The notes: generated by a model not told the origin, from the letters alone. 64,000 nt of DNA from Christensenellales bacterium (GCA_051883415.1 JBJETR010000072.1:118217-182216); one strand, 5' to 3'; shown: positions 51,355-59,853, counted from the stretch's first letter. A program made the numbers and translations.

Positions 51355-53811
51355 TTATTGCGGATCTACTATCAAGAATGCTTCGCCGCCTGCAAGGCAA
51401 ATCATCTTGACGGCGTCAGGGTTGTACTCGTTGGCAAAAACTCTATATTTCTTGTTGAGTCTTTGACCTTCTACCACCGACAGATAGTTGCAATCGGCAG
51501 GGCACATTTTTTTGCTTATTACGCTCTCTATGTCTACTACCGAGCCCTCTTCGAAGTTGGCTAATATATCGTCCACGGAGATGGTAGCAGTGACAGGTTT
51601 GAGTATTGCCTCATCGCCCTCTACGACTTCGATAAGTTGAGAAGCTAAGCTATCAGGCAATTGCATAGCTTGACCTAGGTCAAGGTCACCCACAACGAGA
51701 TAGTCAAGTCCCTTGCATTCCACGGTGGTGTATCCGTCAAGGCTAAACTCGTCGGCAAAGTTCTCAGGCTCGTAGCCCTTCTTCTTTTTGATGACCAATC
51801 CTTCGCAAATCATTTCGATAAGAGCTTTAGCCTTCTTGACTGCAACCTTAGAGCGGATTTTGAGCATAGTAGGAACGTCTACCGCACCCTTCTTGTCGGA
51901 GCAATCTTTGTGGTGATAATAGCTCTCGTCCAAGGACGCAGGATCTATTGCGAGATAGAGCACCAAGGTCTTGCCGTTGATTGTAAATCTTGCAATCTGG
52001 TTACGTCCCTTGTTGAAGTTTTCTCTAAATCTCGATATACGGTTTTTGATACCGTAAGACAACAACTCGTTCTTTAGCTCACTATAGAAGCTCTTGATAT
52101 TGTCGTCGGCGAGTCTGAGCTTCATCTCAAAGCTGAGCTTTGGCTTAACTCTTGCACTGTCCTCAACCTCTTCCTGCCAATTGCTAGAAGCGATAGTGTG
52201 ACGAGGCTCAACTGCGATAGGCTCTACCACTTCTTCCTCTTCCTCAACCGGTTGCTCAACTACCGGCGCTATCGTAGTAGCGACTGCGCCTGCAAGGAGC
52301 ATATCCAAGATTCTTTGGACGTTCTTTTCGATATTGTCCACTCTGATATTGATATCGGAGAGGGTGTTGCCGTTTTCTTCCAGCTTTTCTACTCTCGGCT
52401 CGAGATTTCCTCCGCCTAACGCTCTAAGCGAACTTTCGAGTGCGTCTATTCTGCTATACAGTTGTTCGATTTCTTCTCTCTTCACTTCTTCTTCCTCTTC
52501 TTGGATATTTTCTTGTTGCTCTTCGACCTGAGCCTCCTCTGCCGCAACCTCTTGCGGTTGTTCTTCTACCTCTTGGGTAGGTTGCTCTTCCTCCGGTTGT
52601 TCCTCTTCTATTGGTTCTTCCTGTATCGGTTCTTCTTGTACAGGCTCTTCTTGTGCCTCCGGCTCTGCCTCTTGCTCTACGATTTCTTCTATCGGTTGCT
52701 CTTGTTCAGTTAGATTTTCCTCATCATCTATCGGTGCAACGATAGTTTCGTCAACGTGGTCGGCAAGCAACTCTATGTAGTCCTCGTGACGCTTGTCGAC
52801 AGGCATACAGGTATTGCAACTGAGCAATAGCGCACTCAAGCAAAATACGCCGAAGCCTATTGCGCCCGCCAATATCTCCAATTTGCCCGCCTCAAAATCA
52901 AAGCTTTCTCCCCCGAAAGCGTGGAGCAAACCAATGGCAATCATTACCAAGCTCGTTGCGCCGATGACGAAGTTGGCGAGGTCAATAGTCGTGGTTCTCT
53001 TCTTGATAAGTCTGGTGATAAGTCCTACTACAAAAAATACTGCGCCTGCTCCACCGCATGCGGCAAATGTGATGACGTTGTCTTGATTCTCGAACATAGC
53101 CGCCGCATTTCCCGTAAACATGATAGCAAGTACGCATCCAACCATTATGGCGGATATCGAAATGCCTACCGTAGGATTAAACTTTTTGAAATAAGCTCTT
53201 AGATATTGCTTAGGCTTAATCTTTTGGAGATTCATCTCCTTAATCTCTTTTTTGGTCATGTTTGGTGTATAAACTGCCGTTCGTATAACAAGCAAAGCCA
53301 CCATCAACGCTACGAATATAGCTATTGCAACAAGAGCCGAGATGACAATATTATCGGTTTTTATATCATCGTACATGGCAAGCGCCAACATTCCGACAGC
53401 TGTAAAAATACCTACGAATATAGCCTCGTCTATGTAACCTATCTTCTTAGCCGAGAATAGTGAAATCAGCGAAGATATGACGAACACCAACACCCCGAGC
53501 ACTGCCACGCCGAGCACGATTATGTACGCCATGTTGGCTTGGAACAGTTCGGCAAAAGGAACGCCCGAAGTTAGCGACTTAAATAATCCCGTATAAACCT
53601 CAATCAAGTCAGTTTCTTGTATAGTAAAGAAAGTCGCCAAAATAAATCCGATAATGGCAAACGCACCCGTCACGCCGTATTGGTTGACGGTTGCACTAAA
53701 ATAATCGATTTTGGTTTCTTTCTTTTTTGGTTTGTGAGCGGAATCGTCGTTGATTGACTTAACCTCGTCGTCTGCCGTAGTTGCGGTCAAGTCGATTTTT
53801 TCCTCCTCCAT
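51355..53811 (-). CDS. Large multidomain membrane protein: ~8 TM N-terminus, acidic PE/QE-repeat linker, coiled-coil-like segment, conserved-looking unknown domain, and C-terminal uL15-like segment
   Basis: 818 aa uninterrupted ORF. See findings for the domain reading. No family name assigned. Confidence 0.7.
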   Translation of the reverse strand: MEEEKIDLTATTADDEVKSINDDSAHKPKKKETKIDYFSATVNQYGVTGAFAIIGFILATFFTIQETDLIEVYTGLFKSLTSGVPFAELFQANMAYIIVLGVAVLGVLVFVISSLISLFSAKKIGYIDEAIFVGIFTAVGMLALAMYDDIKTDNIVISALVAIAIFVALMVALLVIRTAVYTPNMTKKEIKEMNLQKIKPKQYLRAYFKKFNPTVGISISAIMVGCVLAIMFTGNAAAMFENQDNVITFAACGGAGAVFFVVGLITRLIKKRTTTIDLANFVIGATSLVMIAIGLLHAFGGESFDFEAGKLEILAGAIGFGVFCLSALLLSCNTCMPVDKRHEDYIELLADHVDETIVAPIDDEENLTEQEQPIEEIVEQEAEPEAQEEPVQEEPIQEEPIEEEQPEEEQPTQEVEEQPQEVAAEEAQVEEQQENIQEEEEEVKREEIEQLYSRIDALESSLRALGGGNLEPRVEKLEENGNTLSDINIRVDNIEKNVQRILDMLLAGAVATTIAPVVEQPVEEEEEVVEPIAVEPRHTIASSNWQEEVEDSARVKPKLSFEMKLRLADDNIKSFYSELKNELLSYGIKNRISRFRENFNKGRNQIARFTINGKTLVLYLAIDPASLDESYYHHKDCSDKKGAVDVPTMLKIRSKVAVKKAKALIEMICEGLVIKKKKGYEPENFADEFSLDGYTTVECKGLDYLVVGDLDLGQAMQLPDSLASQLIEVVEGDEAILKPVTATISVDDILANFEEGSVVDIESVISKKMCPADCNYLSVVEGQRLNKKYRVFANEYNPDAVKMICLAGGEAFLIVDPQ
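52470..52700 (-). repeat. In-frame degenerate short tandem repeats encoding the acidic E/P/Q linker
   Basis: Three consecutive 15-nt units are visible: 52611..52625 ttggttcttcctgta, 52626..52640 tcggttcttcttgta, 52641..52655 caggctcttcttgtg. They encode EEP(I/V)Q repeats, with more degenerate copies on both sides. Confidence 0.7.
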
Positions 53812-53920
53812 AAATAACCCCCATTGATTGGTTGCAAAACCTCTATAATAAAAAAATTATAATACAAAAAGACATATTTGTAAATGGTTTTTTCAAAAAA
53901 GTCAAACCATATCTCAAATT

Positions 53921-54532
53921 TTACGCAAAATCGACCATAATTATCGCCACACCGTGCCTAATTTTGACAACTGCATGCTCTTTTACCACACGGTTGCTGA
54001 CGCCTATAGGAAAGTCATTATTTATAGTCAAATTTTGTACCGAATAATCCAAACCTATCAAGTCGACGACTGCACTGTCAACCGCAAATACCGACACAGC
54101 CCTACCTACCATATCGTCAAGCACCACTTGCGAAGCTGTGACGATAAGGTCGAATGCGTTGTCCTTGACAACGACGATACACCCCTTTTTGGCAAGGTAG
54201 GTTGCTAGTTGAATATTGGCGAGAGTGTGGTCAAATCTTCCTCCCGTAGCTCCGTACAACCAAAACTCTCGATATCCCGACTCGTAGCCCTTCTGACACG
54301 CCACCCACATATCGGTATAGTCCTTTCGCACTTCGAGTTTTACTACCTTATCGCCGTCGGGTTGATAGCCTAAAGAGTCGAAGTCACCCACCACTATATC
54401 GACGATACTCTCATCGAGATAATTCCAACCGCCGTCCACGGCTATGAGCATATCCCCCGACTCTTTGACAATATTCTTATCAGGCTTATCACCTGCCCCT
54501 ACGCAAATACATTTCATATATCTATTATACAA
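53921..54532 (-). CDS. thiN: Thiamine diphosphokinase
   Basis: 203 aa. IAVDGG...VVGDFDS motif and a C-terminal beta-sandwich thiamine-binding part. The start codon choice is uncertain (MYNRYMKCI). Confidence 0.8.
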   Translation of the reverse strand: MYNRYMKCICVGAGDKPDKNIVKESGDMLIAVDGGWNYLDESIVDIVVGDFDSLGYQPDGDKVVKLEVRKDYTDMWVACQKGYESGYREFWLYGATGGRFDHTLANIQLATYLAKKGCIVVVKDNAFDLIVTASQVVLDDMVGRAVSVFAVDSAVVDLIGLDYSVQNLTINNDFPIGVSNRVVKEHAVVKIRHGVAIIMVDFA

Positions 54533-54553
54533 TTTATTCGTCTACGTGACAAC

Positions 54554-55390
54554 CTATATCATTCTTTTACCCACAATAAAATACGACCATCTAAGAGAAC
54601 TTATCGGTTCTATGACGGCATAGTCGCTGGCGGTATGCAAAATATAATTGTCTCCGAGATAAATCGCTACGTGTCCCACTCTATCCAAGCCACTCAAGCC
54701 CACTCTGTCTGCATTGGTAAAGAACATCACGTCGCCTCTTGCCAACTCGGACACCGTACGCCCTTGATAGACTTGCGTCCTCGTGTTGACGTCAAGCACC
54801 ACTCCCGCCCCTATGTAAAAGACGTATTGCACCAAAGACGAGCAATCAAACTGCCCTTGAACGAAGTTGCGATTGAGTATTCCGTTGCCCCAATGATACC
54901 TCTCTGCGCCCCACACGTAAGGATAGCCCATAAGACCTTTGGCAACGTTTAGCACGTCCTCAACGGCTTGGTTGTCACTCATTTGCATATATTTTATTTG
55001 CGTGTAAGACGCCGAAACGTAACCATACCCCCTCTTGTATCTCACCTTGTACCAACCGCCTTCGGTCGACTCGTAAGCAAGCATATCCTTGGCGTTGATA
55101 CTGCCCAAAGCGGAATATCCGCTTCCCTTACCCGACCTAATATTGAGATTGTTGACGTTGGACATTACCATTACGTCGTACTTAGGCGTCGGCTGGGGTT
55201 GTTCTTCGGGGATTTGTTCTTCTTGCACATCCTCCGACTCCTCTGTGGTCGGCACGTCCTCGTCCACCGAAGGCTCATCGCCCGGCAACAACGCATCCTC
55301 TCTATCGACGTCGCTCACCGCCGTTGCGCACCCTAATGCCATCACCAATATGTATATCAAAGTTATCACGATTGCCAATACTCTTTTCAT
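54554..55390 (-). CDS. Cell-wall hydrolase lipoprotein: SH3b domain plus NlpC/P60 (C40) peptidase domain
   Basis: 278 aa. Lipobox MALGC and an acidic linker. An SH3-like segment (NLNIRSGKGSGYSALGSI...WYKVRY). NlpC/P60 catalytic Cys (FDCSSLVQYVF) and His (GHVAIYLG). Confidence 0.88.
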   Translation of the reverse strand: MKRVLAIVITLIYILVMALGCATAVSDVDREDALLPGDEPSVDEDVPTTEESEDVQEEQIPEEQPQPTPKYDVMVMSNVNNLNIRSGKGSGYSALGSINAKDMLAYESTEGGWYKVRYKRGYGYVSASYTQIKYMQMSDNQAVEDVLNVAKGLMGYPYVWGAERYHWGNGILNRNFVQGQFDCSSLVQYVFYIGAGVVLDVNTRTQVYQGRTVSELARGDVMFFTNADRVGLSGLDRVGHVAIYLGDNYILHTASDYAVIEPISSLRWSYFIVGKRMI

Positions 55391-55638
55391 TTTTCCTCCT
55401 TTGCGCTTGCAGTATAGTCAATAAGATTTTACCCTATCGCTCCCCGCTACTGCAACACACAAATTTTGGAAATGGCTTCTCCTCGCCCTATTTTATCGGC
55501 TAAAATAATGGCAATCTTCCGTCTTTTTTGTAACTTGATAGTACGTTATCCGAGCAAAGCCTAACTGACGTTAGTCATACGATAACACCGCTCCGTCTAC
55601 GATATCACACAGGTACTAAATAAGTCGAATAATATGGA

Positions 55639-55668
55639 TAAAAAATAGCGACGCCTTAAGCGTCGCTA
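55639..55668 (-). terminator. Rho-independent terminator after the YegP-repeat gene
   Basis: TAGCGACGC (55646..55654), 5-nt loop, GCGTCGCTA (55660..55668). The A-run at 55640..55645 gives the U-tract on the minus strand. Confidence 0.88.
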
Positions 55669-55686
55669 TACTCGTCGTGTTGGATT

Positions 55687-56943
55687 TTACTCTTTGTCGT
55701 CTTCGGCTTTTTCTACCAATTTTGCACTGTTGCAGAACTTCTTAACCGACTCGATTGCGCTTACGCAACGATCGAGCGTGTCGTAGGTTTCGCCCACACA
55801 AAGAATAGATTTTTGAGTATTTCTAAGTTTGTAGTAGTATCTGCCCGTCTTATCTCTATCTATGATAAAGTTGTTTGCCAAGGCGTTTTTCTTGATATTT
55901 TCCATTGCAGACTTAGCCGCAGCCTCGGTGCTGTAAGACTCGGTAACGAGCAACAATTCGCCGTTGGAAGCCCACAAGTTGGCAAGATACATATCGTCCA
56001 CTTCTTCTATTGTCCACTTGCCGGTATAGCCCTTCTTGGCAACTGCAACTTCACCGCTTGGCTCGTACTTGATGACGGTTTTGTCTTCGACAACCTCTTC
56101 CATCAAAATTGCACTTTGAGCAAACTTCTTGACAGACTCGATAGAGCTTACGCAACTAGCCTTAGAGCTGTATACTTCGCCCACGCACAAAAGTCTGTTG
56201 GCACTGCTCTTGAGCTTATAATAGTAGTTACCCTTCTTGTCGCAATGCACTTCGAATTTGCCGAGGTCTACGTTTTTCTTGATAGTTTCGATACCGCTCA
56301 TTACGCCCTTAGCGGTAGAATAAGTTTCGCTAGTAAGCAATACTGCACCGTTGTTGGCGTGCAAGTAAGCTACGAACTCGTCGTCGCTCTTTTGATATAC
56401 TTGCCACTTGCCTACCGCACCACGCTTTGTTGCAGGCTTCTTAGCAGGCTTCTCTTCGGTTGCGGCAACTTCTTTCTTTTCTTGTTTTGCAGGTTTTTCT
56501 TCTACAACTTCTTCTGCCTTTGGTTCCTCAACCACTTCTTCAACCTCTGCAGTTGCTTCTTCGGCAGGTTCTTCGGTTGCGGCTTCTGCTACAGCCTCCG
56601 CCGCTTGCTCTTCTTCGACAGCAGCTTCTTCAGCTACCTCTTCGGTTGCGGCTTCTTCTACAGGCTCTTCTTTGGTTTCTTCGGCATTTACCTCTTCCGC
56701 AACTTGTGTTTCTACGGTTTCTTCAACCTTTTCTTCCACCACTTGTGGCTCTTCGGCTGCTTGAGAGTCGCTCTCGCCTTCGGTATGTACTTCTACACTA
56801 TTGTCTGCCGACTCGTTTGCTTTCTTTGCCTTCTTCTTGCTTGCGCTAACTGCCACGAGTACGATTATAAGAAGTACTATAGCGGCAACGACAACGCAAC
56901 ATACGATAAGATTTTCTTTGATAAAGTTAATCAATGCTTCCAT
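55687..56943 (-). CDS. Membrane-anchored protein with an acidic E/A/V-rich linker and two tandem YegP (DUF1508 x2) modules
   Basis: 418 aa. N-terminal TM helix (LIVCCVVVAAIVLLIIVLVAV). About 130 aa of low-complexity acidic sequence. Two copies of the pattern GKW.+...DD.+.A.L.A.NG..LL.SE.Y....+...IE.+KKN........+..DK.G.YYYKL+...+..+LCVGE.Y.......+IESVKKF. Confidence 0.8.
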   Translation of the reverse strand: MEALINFIKENLIVCCVVVAAIVLLIIVLVAVSASKKKAKKANESADNSVEVHTEGESDSQAAEEPQVVEEKVEETVETQVAEEVNAEETKEEPVEEAATEEVAEEAAVEEEQAAEAVAEAATEEPAEEATAEVEEVVEEPKAEEVVEEKPAKQEKKEVAATEEKPAKKPATKRGAVGKWQVYQKSDDEFVAYLHANNGAVLLTSETYSTAKGVMSGIETIKKNVDLGKFEVHCDKKGNYYYKLKSSANRLLCVGEVYSSKASCVSSIESVKKFAQSAILMEEVVEDKTVIKYEPSGEVAVAKKGYTGKWTIEEVDDMYLANLWASNGELLLVTESYSTEAAAKSAMENIKKNALANNFIIDRDKTGRYYYKLRNTQKSILCVGETYDTLDRCVSAIESVKKFCNSAKLVEKAEDDKE

Positions 56944-57086
56944 TTGTCAAACCCCCACACATTTGTGTATAGCATAACATTTTTTTTGTTTTTTGGCTAT
57001 TATTTTGATGCAAATTGTTTAATATTTACAATTATATTTATCTAACAACAATATCTAACACCATGTTGTTTTAGACGATATATCGG

Positions 57087-57611
57087 TTATGCTTCGCCAC
57101 CGCCCGCCTTGTCTATTGCATCTATAATTGCTCTCTTCCAGAGCTTTGTCAAAGTTTGCAAATCTTTGGCTGCGTTGGCTGGGCTTGTGGAGGGCATCAA
57201 GACGAGCCTATCCTCCCAATGCGGGTTGTACTTTTTTGCCGTTTCGTAGCTCAATCGTCCGTTGCAAAGCACCTTGTTTATTTGACTATCCGCAGTCAAT
57301 TGCGATATATCGGTGGCGATTACCACCTTAACGCTACTATCCTTGCTACCCTCTATCTCGCATTGATACACGCTGTCGTATAGCGCTATGCCTGCGTCTA
57401 GCAATGCCTTGCTTTTGCCTTCGTTGTCAAGACTCGTAAGGTCTACTCCTACAATCTCCGACAACACTTTCCAAAACCTATTGCGTGGATTCATATAATA
57501 GAACCCCTGCTCCACCGACTTGACCGACGGCACGCTCCCCAATATCAAAACCTTGCTATTAGCGTCTACAATAGGAGCAAAAGGGTGCGTTACTATCCTT
57601 ACTTGTGCCAT
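57087..57611 (-). CDS. Family-6-like uracil-DNA-glycosylase superfamily protein (hypoxanthine / deoxyinosine DNA glycosylase type)
   Basis: The N-terminus THPFAPIVDANSKVLILGSVPSVKSVEQGFYYMNPRNRFW matches the HDG pattern from memory. The ATG at 57611..57609 shares one nt with the upstream TAA (TAATG). The track start at 57647 is less likely. Confidence 0.75.
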   Translation of the reverse strand: MAQVRIVTHPFAPIVDANSKVLILGSVPSVKSVEQGFYYMNPRNRFWKVLSEIVGVDLTSLDNEGKSKALLDAGIALYDSVYQCEIEGSKDSSVKVVIATDISQLTADSQINKVLCNGRLSYETAKKYNPHWEDRLVLMPSTSPANAAKDLQTLTKLWKRAIIDAIDKAGGGEA

Positions 57612-58309
57612 TATGCCTTCAAACCTTTGAGATATTCTTTTTGCCACGGCTCAATGCGATACGACTCCCTTGCTTTGGCAATGGCTCTATTGTGAGTCAC
57701 TATGTCCAGCCGTCTATCTTCCAAGATTGCTATCGTCTTAATCCAATTTTTTGCCAGCGCAGTTGCCACTAGCCAAGCTATTGCCATAGAGACGTAATAG
57801 TGACTTGCGTCTATCTTCGTTATCTTATTTAGCACCCAATCAATATACTCGTCATTGAGATAATACGTCATCATCGACACGATGCCAGCACGCACGACAA
57901 AAGGTCTGTCGTCATCTAACAATTTTGCTACAAAAGCTTGATACGTATCGAGTTTTTTGCCCAAAAATTTGCACGCAGATACTATACTGTCGCAACTAGC
58001 CCAATTGTCTACCATGCCAAAATATCTATACAAGCACTTCATTCTTTCCTCGTCACTCAGAGAAGCATAAGCTATCGACAGACCGTATACGTTGAGCTCT
58101 TCAAAGAAGCTCGGCTGAGCTTTGGCAAGGTACTTGCGCAACTTGTCGTTATCTTGACAATTGACGTAAAGTGCAAGCTTCTTTTGGATAGGCATTCTTA
58201 CGCCCATAATCGAATATTTAGTCGGAGTAATCTTAGCAGAAAAAACTGCGTATTCTTCCTCGGAATATTTTACTAATTTCCTCAATATTTCTGATGTAAG
58301 TTTGAACAT
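57611..58309 (-). CDS. DNA alkylation repair protein (AlkD/AlkC-like HEAT-repeat family)
   Basis: 232 aa. Contains the MGVRMP...VDNWASCD pattern typical of the DNA alkylation repair enzyme family. Overlaps the fprA 3' end by 28 nt if the first ATG is used. Confidence 0.75.
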   Translation of the reverse strand: MFKLTSEILRKLVKYSEEEYAVFSAKITPTKYSIMGVRMPIQKKLALYVNCQDNDKLRKYLAKAQPSFFEELNVYGLSIAYASLSDEERMKCLYRYFGMVDNWASCDSIVSACKFLGKKLDTYQAFVAKLLDDDRPFVVRAGIVSMMTYYLNDEYIDWVLNKITKIDASHYYVSMAIAWLVATALAKNWIKTIAILEDRRLDIVTHNRAIAKARESYRIEPWQKEYLKGLKA

Positions 58310-59496
58310 ATTTCTTCCGCCAATGCCTTTATGCTGTCAACGTTGCCCTCGCTCGGTGCAGCCTTAACCGATACTTTGTTGCCAAGCAAGGTGATATTTT
58401 TCATCTTTTCCAACTCTTTAGCTATCAATGTACCGCTAGTTGCCGACCAAGTTCCGTTTTCCACGATACCAACGGTGCGGTTCTGGAGATTGTGCGAGAT
58501 AATTTCTGCCAGATATCTCTCTATAGGCGTAAATATTGCACCGTTGTAGGTCGCCGATGCGATAACGATATGCGAGCATCTAAAGCTCTCCGCCACCAGA
58601 TACGATACGTCTACGTTGGAGGCGTCGTACACCTTCAAATTGCGGACGCCTAGATTGTCCAACTGAGCGGCAAGCATATCCACCGCCTCTGCGGTATGTC
58701 CGTATATTGAGCCGTATATCAACACGACCTCATTATCCTCGCTTTGATACGTGCTCCATTTGACGTACTTGTCGAGTATTTTGTCTATATCCTTTCTCCA
58801 GACAGGTCCGTGGAGAGGTGCGAGCATCTTGACCTCTGCACCCGTCAATTTTGCTAGAGCGTTCTTGACTTGCACGCCGTACTTGCCCACGATATTGGTA
58901 TAATATCTTCTCGACTCTTCTTGCCATTCGTCGCCCTTGTATGCTTGGTCGGCAAAAACGTTGCCGCTAAGCGCACCGAAAGTGCCGAATGCGTCTGCGG
59001 AGAAGAGAATGCCCGTCGTAGTATCCAAGGTCATCATAACCTCAGGCCAATGCACCATTGGCGCAAAGACGAACTTCAACTCGTGACTGCCAAGGCTGAG
59101 CGTGTCGTTGTCTTTGACGATAATCCTTCTCTCTGCCCAATCGCACCCGAAGTATTCTTGTATCATCATCGACGCCTTATTGTTGGTGACGAGCCTTGCA
59201 TTAGGGAAGACACACATCACGTCCTCGATACATGCGCAATGGTCGGGCTCCATGTGGTTGACGACAAAATAATCCAAGTCCCTACCGTCAAGGGCGTCCT
59301 TGACCTTTTGCAAAAACACTCTACCCACAGCGTCGTCGACGCTATCGAGCAAAGCCGTCTTTTCGTCTACGATAAGATAGCTGTTATAACTTACTCCTCT
59401 GTCAAGCGGATAGATATTTTCAAACAACTTGATTCTTCTATCGCTTGCGCCTACGTAATAAATATCTTGTGATATAGTTTGTTTTATCATAAACAC
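58282..59496 (-). CDS. fprA: Flavodiiron protein (FprA, A-type flavoprotein; O2/NO reductase)
   Basis: 404 aa. An MBL-like diiron domain (VVNHMEPDH, ..H.PVW) followed by a flavodoxin-like domain (VLIYGSIYGHT). Confidence 0.9.
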   Translation of the reverse strand: MFMIKQTISQDIYYVGASDRRIKLFENIYPLDRGVSYNSYLIVDEKTALLDSVDDAVGRVFLQKVKDALDGRDLDYFVVNHMEPDHCACIEDVMCVFPNARLVTNNKASMMIQEYFGCDWAERRIIVKDNDTLSLGSHELKFVFAPMVHWPEVMMTLDTTTGILFSADAFGTFGALSGNVFADQAYKGDEWQEESRRYYTNIVGKYGVQVKNALAKLTGAEVKMLAPLHGPVWRKDIDKILDKYVKWSTYQSEDNEVVLIYGSIYGHTAEAVDMLAAQLDNLGVRNLKVYDASNVDVSYLVAESFRCSHIVIASATYNGAIFTPIERYLAEIISHNLQNRTVGIVENGTWSATSGTLIAKELEKMKNITLLGNKVSVKAAPSEGNVDSIKALAEEICSNLHQKY

Positions 59497-59750
59497 CTCT
59501 ATTATTATCTATTAGTATTATATAGCTTTTTCCTAGCAAAGTAAAACAGATTGATTGTTGACAAAATCATACTCTTTATGATAGATTGTTTTGCTTATTT
59601 ATCTCAGCTGATATAACTAAACGACGTTCTATCCTCTTACCTTCTACAAGTCGCAACCTCGCATTATAATATAATATCCGTATAATATATCTTTTCCAAC
59701 CTGCCTTTCTTGCAAAAGTGCAACCTTCTCACTCTTTTTTTGCTTCAAAT

Positions 59751-59776
59751 AAGCCCTATCCGACAAGATAGGGCTT
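59751..59776 (-). terminator. Hairpin downstream of the AAA+/YbjN cassette (terminator candidate, weak U-tract)
   Basis: AAGCCCTATC (59751..59760), loop CGACAA, GATAGGGCTT (59767..59776). On the minus strand it is followed by AUUUGAAGC. Confidence 0.5.
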
Positions 59777-59853
59777 TAGCATAATTATCGTTGTGTTTTG
59801 CCGTCTTTGTTCCAATGCTACGGCTCAATATGTATATCGATATTTATTTTAGT

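Noticed and set aside
52470-52700. Repetitive DNA considered as a CRISPR array or minisatellite-type mobile repeat
   Set aside because: The repeats are 15-nt, in-frame and degenerate, and they lie inside a long uninterrupted ORF that encodes an acidic linker. There are no spacers, no leader and no cas genes, so this is not CRISPR.
55391-55640. Specific call of a c-di-AMP (ydaO) riboswitch upstream of the NlpC/P60 gene
   Set aside because: Some short similarities exist (ACGGAGCGG, GUAGCGGGGA). The canonical pseudo-twofold arrangement and the ACAGCUAACC-type block are not present in the expected order. I kept it only as an unclassified structured leader in the findings.
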